Assembly: GCA_003344405.1 (NCBI GenBank)
Contig: NOWV01000013.1
Span: forward strand, 372,001 to 436,000
Source of the DNA: Trichoplax sp. H2
Lineage: Eukaryota
Direction: 5' to 3'
Length of the DNA: 64,000 nucleotides
Each line of letters opens with the position of its first letter. Position 1 is the first letter of the stretch. The translations under genes were made by a program, and so were the position numbers. This document shows, one piece after another, positions 52,401 to 64,000 of this stretch. Below the pieces are notes generated by a model that saw only the letters and a program-made list of their open reading frames with translations, was not told the DNA's origin and ran no database searches.

Positions 52401-54213
52401 TTGTTGCCCAGTTAATGATTTATAAATGATATTTGGCACCATCATTTCTTAAGAATTAGCGAGTTAGAATAATGATCTCTATTTGAAGTTTAACAGAATC
52501 CGAACAGTCTCTAGCGCAACGTTAGAGTTGAGAGTTGATGTTATGGAATAATAGCATGACCCCTTTGAATTCAGCAGTATAGTGTAGTATACGAATAAAA
52601 ATTTCAAATAGTCTATTACGGATCAAGAATGGACTATGAACCCGATTAGATTATAATATTTATTTATTATTATTCATGAATTGAAATAGCCCAAAATTCG
52701 TTATAGTAAGAGCGCCAATGCTCCAATACATACATTATCTATTTCATCCCATGTAAAAAGGTCAAGTAAAAGATTGTTCAGTCATACTGTAGTTCATAGC
52801 GTAAGGAAGACAATATCGAAAAGTAAATAGCTATCGTAATCATCAAGAATCGGAAATCGGATAGACTTTATGCGCAATTAGTGTAGGAAATACAGTTTTT
52901 ATAAAAGGAACAACTGTAGCATGTGTATTGCATATTTCTAGATCATTTAAAAAGAAATAATATAATACGTCTACACAGTATGTACAGTAGGACAGTTTCA
53001 GCTAAATACTTTAAGAATTTTATGTAAGGTGGCGGGGGCTAATGTACATGTCATACACTGTAATGTAATTCGATATGCATCAATCGAGCAAGTATTGTGT
53101 TTAGTCAGCATTTATCATCAGTAATCGTCGCTTAAGAATTTGACTGCACGCAGTTGCTCGATTAATTAATTGATGAAGGTAGCGACTGTGATGAGATGAT
53201 ACTGTATACTACACCGTGGCTGCATTGACTCCAGGATTATAAATATCGCAAGATATCTATCAATGATACTGTACGTGTATCATATGATGATGATACTATC
53301 ATACTCGTACATCGATTTCTCCTCATGTCAACTAAGTGATATTAATTACTATTCACACTGCTGTACTACAATAATGGATGCAGCTAAATTCACCAAACAT
53401 GGCGGACATCTAAACATTTTTATCGCATTAAGTGCTTAGCCAGAAAGAGTTGAAAGGCCTATGAGAATACGAACAGTACATAGTGGAGTGCTGCAGCGAC
53501 GAAAAGTTTACTCTAGAACATCAAATTAACATTTGCAATCAGTTGTAATACTCGTATAATTAATTAATTAATGAATTCATCAAGGCGTGCTCGTATGCAG
53601 AAGCCTAACTACACTGTGCGTCATTGACTGCATCCCTTATTTGAGTGATTAGCTAACTTACAGAGATATTAAAAGATGTGAATTAGGCGTAAGAATTGGA
53701 TAAAGCCTCGGAGCTATCAATCTATAACACTACATGTCTCGATATTCCGCTATTGGGAATCGATTTTGTTGTGTAAACCATAGTGATATGCGTACGCCAC
53801 CCAATGCAGTTGATGGCGTAGCAACAATCTGTTTTTCTTGGCATTTAAATGCATTATACCTACTAGTTTTTACAATCCTTTCAATGGAAAATTAAGCAAT
53901 AAGTGATATTTGGCGGAAGACTAAAGTAAAGTACAAGAGATGTTTCAATCATTGCTGTCATCATTTTTAATCACATCACTCGATTTAGTCTACCAGTCAA
54001 CTTGTCAGTCAACATCAACTTGTAGCAGACATTAACCCCATCAGCGGATATCTTCTAAACATGATGGAGTGCTGTTTCACAAGAGGTTGTAGCAACATTA
54101 TCCAGTCCATATCATGATGAAAAAAATTGATTTCATACCTGTATTAAAGTTTTGACGTAAATGAAAGGATGGCTAGCTAAATTAATAGCCACAGAGGACA
54201 AAATTGCCGTCAT
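49485..54213 (-). CDS. MTCH2: Mitochondrial carrier homolog (MTCH, outer-membrane insertase), 14 exons
   Basis: SHPFIYVKTLIQ-LGHEPIAP...FGRNAQKLPGFFTYA-AYIRKTDGFFGMYKGLAPR; SYPLHVISVRMMAQFVGQE; IYREEGFKGFFSGFVPRL; TYPLNLVSNVMAVNNCGLAAGAPP; ends ...GQIRRGATLFRRFIQS*. Confidence 0.93.
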
Positions 54214-54360
54214 ATTCTAGCTGAAATTTGGGTTCTACTCCAGTGAACAATTCCCGCACTGCCGCTTTCCTGCTCGACATCCAAAGCTGTAAGTCTGGTC
54301 CAATGGGAAATCTCTTGACCTCGGAGGATTGCACACTGTTCGGCGCCTGCATGCTGGCTA

Positions 54361-54532
54361 TTTACAGTACTGTACCGTACCGTGCCGTGCTGTGCCGTGC
54401 CGTTCTGTACTATAGCGGACCGGACTGCACCATAGCGTATCGGACTCAGACCGTACAGTATCAACTCCGAAACAGAAAACTGGTCTACGTACTGTACAGT
54501 ACGGTGTGGCTATGGTGTGGCCGTACAGTACA
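54361..54532. repeat. TACAG/GTAC and CCGTG-rich tract upstream of MTCH2
   Basis: tacagtactgtaccgtaccgtgccgtgctgtgccgtgccg..., about 150-320 bp upstream of the ATG. Confidence 0.75.
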
Positions 54533-55947
54533 GTCAACATTAACTTCTTCAACGGTGGACAGACAGACGGTCGTCAAGTATTATCCGTATTAATTTAAAT
54601 GAGCATACTGACTTTGGGTGAAAGAGGCTAGACTGATGTCATACCGCCTGGCACGTTATTACCCGGCTAAAAACCAGAGACTACTCAGCTAAAAATTCTC
54701 CCTCAAAAGCCGCAACTAAAACATTTTCCCCTATACTAAAGAATACACGTTCATTCTTTTAGTACATTTATTCCAATGGATTAAAGTTATAAAATAGAGT
54801 GCTTGATATCCGTATATAGAAAAAGATGATACAGCGAAAAATTCTCCTTCCAATATAAACTAGGTTACACCTAGTCTCAGCCCGGTGGATTGCATGTGTC
54901 AGAATACTCATAACTTAATTATCAGAGTTCGCATTATTACAAAATGTAAATCGAAATCTCAATTTATTTTGTTGAAGTTTCAAGATTTGGCGGTAGACGA
55001 TATTCTTAACTGTAGATGATAAAACTATTATTAAAGTGATCAGTGCTGCTTATATTAAAAGCCGTCAATAGCAATCTTAATTTATTTCTTTAAATATTGG
55101 ATGATAGAGATGATACTTGGTCGTATAATTGACTATAGTGAGTGATGTACAACAGGTAGACGTTTCTTTAAGTTAAGTGCTATACAATCTACAATCGAGC
55201 CAGATCTTGTGACTGACTATGCAATTTCTAGAAATTCGGAAAATATTCACCTTTCTATTCAATTGAACAATCGCTGTAGCAGATATTTTTAAGCCCTTTT
55301 AACATACACTTACAGTGACGGGTACTGAATATATGGTGATAATAGAGTACTGCAAATTGAATGAAATGCTTGTTGCTCACTTATGGATGGATACAAGCTT
55401 TGATTTCCTGTCAGATAATATCGTCATTCTATCAAGAACAATTCTTCATTTTATTCATCTTACTCGTACTTTCCAAATTGATATACAGTACGTATGTAAA
55501 TAAATATCAATGTGACACTCCTGTACAGGCTAATACCAATCTAATGTTAAATGTTGCGATTTGAGCATAACAGTATCTTTTGATTATGATCAAATAAAAT
55601 ACATCATACCGCTTGTACCTACTAACTGAGATATTTATAATTAATCAATAGTATCAATCTTATACCAAGTCACAAAAGTGTTGCAACCCTAAATTATATT
55701 ATTTATGTTATAGGCTCATGTATCATAACGCAGAGCATAGAACATATCATTTAGTTCTTACTAAGATATGCAAAGACACTAGTAGAAAGTACTAGCACAG
55801 TAACATCATGCAGTAATTTAATAACAGACAATAGTCGACAATTTATTATAATTATTTCAAACATAACCAATTCTACTTGTTTATACTTCATGTATAACAA
55901 ACTCGTAGAAGCGTATACGTTATGTATAAATATGCAGATGTATGTAT

Positions 55948-58004
55948 TTACCAATCTGATGACACAAGTGAATTTAGTGCTCTCATAAGACGAGGCAAAT
56001 CTCTCTTAAGAACTTTTCTATTTCCAAATTTTCTATGAATAGCCTAGAATGGGTAGTAAATCATATTCGCTATTCCTGATTGATTTGATATTGCCCTTTT
56101 AGCTATAACGTAAAGTCGGATAAACATTTAAACGATACATTTACGTACTTGATATTTGGAAGTCCAAGATTTCCAGGCAAGCTTAGCAATCTGACGAGCA
56201 ACAGGTTTTAAGCTGTCTTCAGAATAGCTGGAATAATATTGCAGAGTCGGTGTCCATGATTTATCAAATATCTTCAGCGATATCAGTGAAGCTGCTGCAG
56301 CAATTTGCGATGGCAGATATGATAGAAGACTATATTCTATCAAAGCAATCTCTGTGAGATACCGCGCGAAGGTATGCTGCTCGATATCAGCCTAAATACA
56401 AATTGTATAACAGACATTGCAAGCGTGTTCATTGAATTTTATAACATCGAATTTAAGATTATTTACTATTATTCCCAAAAGTAAAGCGCAAGATATTTTT
56501 ATACGAATACTTACCGATGCAGCCTTTGATATACGTCTTAGGAAATGTATGGAAGTAGGCCTACTCAGGCTAAAATCCAAAGCTTTAAGAATTTTAGCTT
56601 CCATTTGTATAAATTCATTAATTTCATAACTGTTTTCTGTAAGATATAGGAGGTCGTCGGTAGAAGCTAAGAATATTTCTTCGTATTTAATTGCGATATA
56701 GAATGCAGCGATACCAACCAACTGCAGTTTCTTTCGATTCACTTGGGTTGTCTGGAAATTAGCATGCATATGTACAAACAATTCAATTAGTTTTAAGTAC
56801 AAGGAGTATAGCGATAACCGCATTCAATATATCCAGGTACTTAGAAAATGAAATCAGTAATGTTTACATTATTTCAACTGTCATTTTATATCTTAAAATT
56901 TAGCTGTTATCATCTAAATATGTGAATTTTTAACCTTTTAACGGTCCTAAATCCGTACCTGAAGATATCGATCAATAATATAAGTAGTCAGATATAAGCT
57001 CTCCGGGTGGAAATTGTATCGTAAATGAACATCAACAAGCCAATCAAGCAGAATTGCTCTCATTCCCTTAGTAATCACGGGCTGTCCAGTCATGTAATCT
57101 GGATCGAGTGTACATCTCTTCTGTAACGTAACAATTTACAGTTAGCATTTGATGCGTTAAATTAAAGTAATGATGAGTACAGCTCATAATCGTTTGCTAC
57201 ACTCAAGAATGTCTGATCTAACTCTTGAATATGAAAGCTTGTTAATGCAGTGTAATCATTAAATATACGTATCTTAGGATTAGAATTATTTACTATAAAT
57301 AAGGATAGCTAGCAGTTTTTCATTTATTAAAACTTCTTTACGATGCAGGGGATAACTACTATTTTAGCCTGAAAACAATATAAGTGAATGTTAGGCAAAA
57401 AACTGTGTAATAATATTACCTCTTGCTTGAGCATATTTTTGTAAATATCACTAATATAATCGCTACACAACAAAGGGTCGTTATAATCCAAGGCATCGAT
57501 GTCGACGACATAAGCCGGCAAGTATTTATTGTTGCGAAATATGGTCGTCAATACTTCAGATTCTCGTGTAGCAGCGGTCTTCTTTTTTATTTCCTGATGA
57601 AAATTTTATATCGTCACATTTTATAATACTGTATTGATTAATCAAGTAAATATGAAAATAGCAATAGTATTCAATCTTAAGCAAAATTTGCATTTCTTCA
57701 CGATAAATACAATGTTAAAAGTACAAAGTCTGTTAAATATCGATAAATTTATGAAACGAGAATGTACTCGTACAGGTATATGAAAACGTACATCTGTCTA
57801 GCTACATTATTGTAAGTTGCGTCTAGTAGTAGTAGTTCATCATATTGACAGATCAATAAAACAAGCTTATTAATATTAAATTCATACGATTTTGCGATCG
57901 ATCTTCCCGTGAAAGACATGGTTACCAATATCTGAAAGGACTGTCCTATTCCCTTGCTGTACTTTATTCACATTAACACGAAAATTCTCATTGCTAGGCT
58001 TCAT
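55948..58004 (-). CDS. B-type cyclin (divergent), 6 coding exons
   Basis: D-box RTVLSDIGN; DIDALDYNDPLLCSDYISDIY; MRAILLDWLVDVH; IIDRYLQ; KLQLVGIAAFYIAIKYEE; FLRRISKA; PSQIAAAAS; WTPTLQYYSSY. The start ATG at 58004 is inferred. Confidence 0.88.
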
Positions 58005-60842
58005 TTTTGAAGGTTTATGCTATAAAGAAATTATTAATTACATCGAAAAAATACAATAAAGATTCAGAATCCATAATATATTTCAAGAAAATATATGTAA
58101 ATACAAAACTTCTATCGCCTATTGCTAGATTTAATCCAGCTACTTTAAAGATATGTATACCGCAAATGGACTACCGTAGCATTTAACTTTCAATATTTAA
58201 TACAACAGTCTATGAAGGATCGTACAAGATTTAATTTCAGTTTTGAATCCATCTTAGAGATTAATTTAAACAATAAATCGTATTGAATATTCCAGGGATT
58301 CTTTCTTAGTTACTACACAAATATCGATCTACGCCAATCTCTAGCCTTATAAAACGATTTACATATATGAAGATGTGGGAGAATACAGTAATTTTATTAA
58401 TATTCGTACAGTACTAGTATTGCATCTAACAACTCGGAAGCTAGCTGCAGATTAGAAACACTAAATGCATATACTGAATATGCTCTAATATCAGAAAAAA
58501 TGTTTTATTAATACCAGGATATTAAAAAAAAATGGAAATTCACGACTTTTTAAATTATTATAGTGGGATATCACAGCATTAAGGGTTTAATTGTACAAAA
58601 ATAATTAGTTAGGCAGATTATACATATTAATAGATTATACTAATATATTATCATGCAAGATCACTTCGAATTCTTAGGTAGCCATTCTGTAAAACTTACG
58701 AATTCCAATTAGCACGCTCTCCCCTTTTGGTAGGAATCGTAGAGTTAAACAGGGAAATCACTTTTCAGTTAACAGCAAATACTGTATAATTTATATCCGA
58801 TAAACAATTATATTATTACACTACGCCAGAAATTAGTTAGTGGGTATAATTAGATCGTAAGATAGATGACTAGCTATCGTAAATACAATACGGAAATTGC
58901 AATGGAATATCGAGCAATTTACACCTTTTATTACATGTGAAATCGTAAGTTAATCTAACGAATTGAAGGCAATTAATTTCGTGTAGAAATTATCGTCAAT
59001 ACAAGTACAATGCACCAAAGTCCGATGTTTACAGTGTACAAGTATACCTCCTAAAGGGTTAAGGAATCAAATCATTTTATTACGGAGTTATCTAATTCAA
59101 GAATGAGAATAAATGATACCAACTGCTGCTTCATCGCAGTACTACATGTACTGTACGGCTATAAAAGTGTTCAACTTCTGTTCGAGGGTTCTTAGAGCAC
59201 TTTTACTGAACGAATTCGAGTTCAATAACGCTACTGTTGCTATTTCAACATCTTAATCCAATAGTGATCTCCTAGTCAATAACCATCGATGATGATGATG
59301 ATGATTCTGTAATTTTCAAAGTTGTACTCGCTGTATGGCTGCAATATATCTCTTCCTTTCTTGATGATATATATTAAGTAAGTATGAAATATTCTTTTTA
59401 ACAGAAAAATTTTACAATGCCCAAACCAATTTACGCAGATAGTAGAGCAAATATCATACTGTGATAAGTAATACCGATTTTTGATCAGGGCAATCGTTTC
59501 CATTTGTAAATACGAGTAGTTTAGTAATCATGTTTATCATTACGACATTGGGAAATATAAACGTTATATATGAGAATAACATATGAAAATATACAATTTG
59601 ATAATTATTACAGCGATAACATTAAACAGAATGCCTTAATGAATTACTTTACGCCCCATTTTACATATAGCCATTTCAATGGCTTTATACTGATTGCACT
59701 ATCTCGTAATGTAACAGAATAATCTGGTAAAATTCAGGTTGTTAATTAGCAAGTTTTGCGATCATAGAATGTATGTAAGGGCGTGCTTAAGGAATGACAT
59801 CTTGATAATATGCATTTGGGAACTTGTAAAGTGTACAGTAGTAGAATACGATATATGAATCTATATCATCTAGCAACATGTGTTGTTGTATGGGTACATA
59901 TCGTCCAATAAACTTAGTGCGTTCCTGTCAGGACAAAGCATCCTAATAAATAAATTAAATTTTAAAAATTGCTTTAAAAAAATCTTGCTTTCATAAGCTA
60001 GACTGTGCAATGCTTACTTTCTCGATTAATGCAATGTATAATTTGAGCAATCGCAATTCACTCAATTATATTATTTATACATGGTTAAACCAGATCGTAT
60101 ACAGTACGGACAAACGTCATATTCTGTATTGTGTTGTACTATGAAGCACTGTACGCTCATGTTTTCAACAGTAGATATTTATATGTACGATCTTTGTTTT
60201 GTTCAGAAAACCAACTAAAGAATAAAGATACATAATGCTGGTACTTTACTATAATTTATAGACACATACTACGAAAAGCGATTGTAACCATGCCGACAAT
60301 TGTATATAGCAAAAAACGGTCTATAAGGCAGTGTTTATAATTTTAGAATACGGGTAAGCATATGCCGAATGGGATATACTCGTTGGTAGTAGCGACACTC
60401 AATGTGACAGGTGGCTACGTAAGTTTTTATTTCATTCACATGCAGATGTGCTCAGTGAGCAAATACTTTTTTATGTACTACTTAGTAATCAATGGTCCAT
60501 GGCTATTACTCTAAGCAGTAAAAAGAGAATTCCATAAATACAGATGCCAATTGTATTGACATAGACAGTTTTTAAACGTGAGTGTATGTGCACTGTATAA
60601 TAACGTTCTTGTCAAATAACTTCATTCAGTCAAGCTGTTGTACTCTATATACAACTCGTCCTGTAGCATAATAATGATCATCGTAGCTTACAAAGCTTTC
60701 ACGTCTTTTCTTGTCAAAAGTATTACTACTGAGCAATAGGCCGAATTGTTGATTTCTATTTTTCAATCAAAACGCTAAGCTGGTCTACAGACGATTTAAA
60801 ATTATATATTAATTACGAGCTCCAAGTATCAGATAGAATCAG

Positions 60843-61068
60843 ATACAGTATGTACAGTACTGTACAACATACGAACAACACTAAAGGGTGGATTACGTCA
60901 TTTTTGTGGTTGTGTACTGTACTGTACAGTACTGTACTTTTAGCCTTTTCACTTTCATCTTTGGTCTTCATACTGTACAGTACTGTAGTTTTTACTGTAT
61001 AGTACAGTACATTGTACTGTACGAACGATAAATGAGTACTGTACTGTACTGTGTACAGTGTACAGTAC
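60843..61068. repeat. TACAG/CTGTA-rich tract between cyclin B (-) and the next gene (+)
   Basis: Dense tactgtacagta words. Confidence 0.8.
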
Positions 61069-61583
61069 AGCAGTTGGACGACTCCAACAGTATATAAATG
61101 CGCTAGAATTTGTCCATATAACAAATTTGGATGCAATGTGTCATCATCGAAATCATTAAAGCTACCTGAAGTTGCTATTAATCCGTTTGCTTGTTTACAG
61201 CGTTTACAGGTATGGATGACAAATAGAAAAAGGATATACATGTGTCATTGACGAATATGAAGAGTTTATTGCAATGTGCTCTACTAAACGATGCTAACTT
61301 ACTTACTGTACACGTACTGTATCGATGATTTAACTTCTACCCACTACCAGTGCTACATTAAACTAACGGTACAAGAACGCAAAGTACTGTAGAACGAACG
61401 AGGGATCGATTAGTTGATCAAAATTCGCCTCTCTTCCGTTAGGGTTTTCTCCTTTCTATCCTCTGTACAAGTGGCTGCACGACGTTATCGTAAGTAGACA
61501 CAAGTTGCACAACAAACTGCTGCTAAGTTATATCAACATTGTCATATCCGTCATATACTGGCGATCCGTATGGTTTGCAAAAC

Positions 61584-61715
61584 ATGTCAACTCTTACGAA
61601 CCAAATTCAAAACGAAAATCTGAGTGACAATCCAAGCGACGAATTAATGGGAGATCAGAAATCCACCACTGCGCTAACTCTACTGGACGAACTTTTCGAT
61701 TCTCCAGACTTTCAG
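61584..61715 (+). CDS. Probable first coding exon of an unidentified gene continuing beyond the window
   Basis: Kozak-like aaacATG, a 44-codon acidic peptide MSTLTNQIQ...LLDELFDSPDFQ, a phase-0 CAG|GTATA donor, and a position downstream of a TACAG tract. Confidence 0.55.
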
Positions 61716-63289
61716 GTATACCATCTACTTACCATTCACTATTTTTCTATTTTTATAAGTTGTTAGCCAACTCTCGCACGCCCAGCAGTACATCTTTATT
61801 ATACAGTACTCCTTCAACACATTTAGTAATGTTATGATATGAACTGTACGAATAAAATGCATCAATTCTTAGGGAGTAGTATGAAGTACAATATTACGAA
61901 AGTTAGGACTTTGTAGTAGTTCGTTAGTGACAGCTAGTGGAGTGTAAATTAATTATAAATTGAGACTCATAAATGATATCGGGCCTTCATTCTTCAGATT
62001 TACAGTAGTATGTTGTGGTGAGTGCTGAGAATTCTAATAATGAGTCTAACTACAGTATGCAGTATACTTGTATGCGCGTTCGTAATGTAGCACGCTCGAT
62101 TGGTTAAAAAAGAAAAGCAACGTTGCTGTTAGAATATTGTTAGCTGCAGTGCTATGATTGCAATACACAGAGTATCCACTGTAAACGGTGTATAAATCGA
62201 CCTCGATAGACTTGTCTAAAGTATGACTTAACTGGTGGATTGGCATCGACCTGAGTGCGTTGGACTAAAAATAAATAAGTCTTAGCCAGAGACTTTCTTT
62301 TGAGGAGTGCGTATAATGTAGTACTGTATGACTCATAGCTAATTATTTTGATGAAATAGGGGAGCCAGCTACATATTCCTACTTATTCGTATATATATAT
62401 ATACTATTAGTACGTAAGTGTTACCATTAGAGTCAAATCAATTGTTGAATATCCCTTTCAGTTAATTATTATAACAGTTTAAGCATAAATATCTGAATCG
62501 GGCCTTTGTAGTGATCACTTTGCCAAGTTTGCAGCTTCTTTACATTCTTAAAAGACTGTTTTTCTTTCTACAGTACACTGGTATTTATTCGCCCTCAGAG
62601 ATGACAAGCGCATCTCTTAAATCTATGATTGCTATGAACTCTTTGATGTACATTTTGTGATTTAGCTTGCTATTTACTGTAATGGTATCGTCAATAGACG
62701 CCTGAGAATTGAATTTCATTAATTATAGATATTAAATCTTTCCATTTTTCATGAAGTACTTTTGGGCGGGATATTCAATCCTGTACACTACTATTAGTAT
62801 AAAGCTGAATACAGCCTAGAAACTTTCCATCTATTACAGTAATATGTCTAATATTGATGTACAGTACTGTACTGTATACTCATTTGTAAATGCTGTATTA
62901 AAAGACTTCATACATGTAAATGGCAGGAATAACTCTCATCGAGGTCCTTACAGTTTCTTATGTCTTTTGAGACATAGAAATCCAAATCACATGCTGTCAC
63001 TGCTGTACGTACTGCATTCAATTCTTGCTCTCTATTATACAGTAGTACTGCACATGCACCGTACATTTACAATTTTCAAGCTTATTCATCCTAAATTTGT
63101 TTTAAATTAGAGAAGTAAGGGCGGTAGAACAGTATTTTTATTTCTTAGCTTATCATTTTTTTTCATTAAATTGTATGGGAACTATAGAATACAATTTATT
63201 CGCTAGATGAACTCATCAAGTCGCGATACTATGCTGTAGTTCAAACTTTTTTAAAGGGAAAGGAAATATTGAGACCAAAAGAATTTTTT

Positions 63290-63470
63290 TGGGGGGGGGG
63301 GATACTTGACACGTCACCAACTGAGGATGGCGTGTAATTTCTATCTCTGCGCACGCGTATTCGGTGACTCACCATACAGTATTGTACTGTACTGTACTGT
63401 ATTATCTCATTTCGACGCACAGCACTGTACAGTGTACAGTGTACAGTATATATACTGTACTGTACTGTAA
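63290..63470. promoter_or_regulatory. Promoter-like island (G10 tract, CRE half-site, NRF1-like tgcgcacgcg, TACAG tract)
   Basis: Motifs are read directly. The promoter role is inferred by analogy with the other TACAG tracts. Confidence 0.35.
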
Positions 63471-64000
63471 TTGTAATAATCAGACTGTAGAAACTCTGGT
63501 GCAGACGGGTTAAGACAATCAAACACCTGTCTACTCGTTGCTACTGTTATACTGTACAGTACATTGCAATTCTTAAACAAAGCAGGTACAGTATAGTACT
63601 GCATGTGAGCAAGTTTATACTGGCGTTTCTTCATCTACACCAGTATGTGCTTGTATAAATTCAAACTTGATAATTGAAAACGAATTGAACATTTTTTGTA
63701 AACAAATTTTCGATTAACAGTAGTAGAAATCGAACTTGTTTACATTGTACTTTGGGCTAATGTGCAACCTAAAATCCTGTTTTACAAAATTTCAATTTCA
63801 ATTTTAAAGCTTTTTGCCAGCTCTGACAAACAATTGACTTGTCTAGCCATTAAATCAAATCGAGCTGAGATTCTATAATCCTATATTCTCAGGGTACGGT
63901 ATCGTAGCATCTTGTGCTACGATGCAAGATTTAATAACATTGCATATTGAATAACAACACGAACTGACAAAATTTGGTACAGATCAATGTAATTTGTTGC

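Noticed and set aside
61584-61715. p53-family transactivation exon
   Set aside because: It lacks the FxxxW MDM2-binding motif, and no DNA-binding-domain exons appear in the window.

Overview
AT-rich, gene-dense eukaryotic (animal) genomic DNA with many short GT-AG introns. The compact architecture and TACAG/CTGTA-rich intergenic tracts suggest a placozoan such as Trichoplax; this is inference and has not been verified. I spliced the exons by hand and recognised 11 conserved genes: UFSP1 (+), PIH1D1 (-), PRR5/Protor (+), PPP6R/SAPS (-), intronless HADHB (+), IBA57 (-), an intronless FAXC/metaxin-like GST (-), YJU2/CCDC94 (+), STRAP/Unrip (-), SNRPE/SmE (+) and MTCH2 (-). There is also a divergent cyclin B (-), the first exon of an unidentified gene (+) and an intact tRNA-Ser(AGA). 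The most notable non-coding structures are: a U12-type intron in SNRPE with a second perfect U12 donor that could define a stop-containing cassette exon; a 6 x 122-bp foldable tandem array directly upstream of STRAP; a triplicated tRNA 3' half with a template-switch palindrome; a 91-bp near-perfect hairpin; a GC-AG intron in PPP6R; and palindromic GTAC/TACAG tracts at the 5' end of almost every gene. Gene identities come from motif recognition, not database searches. Internal exon coordinates may be off by a few bases.
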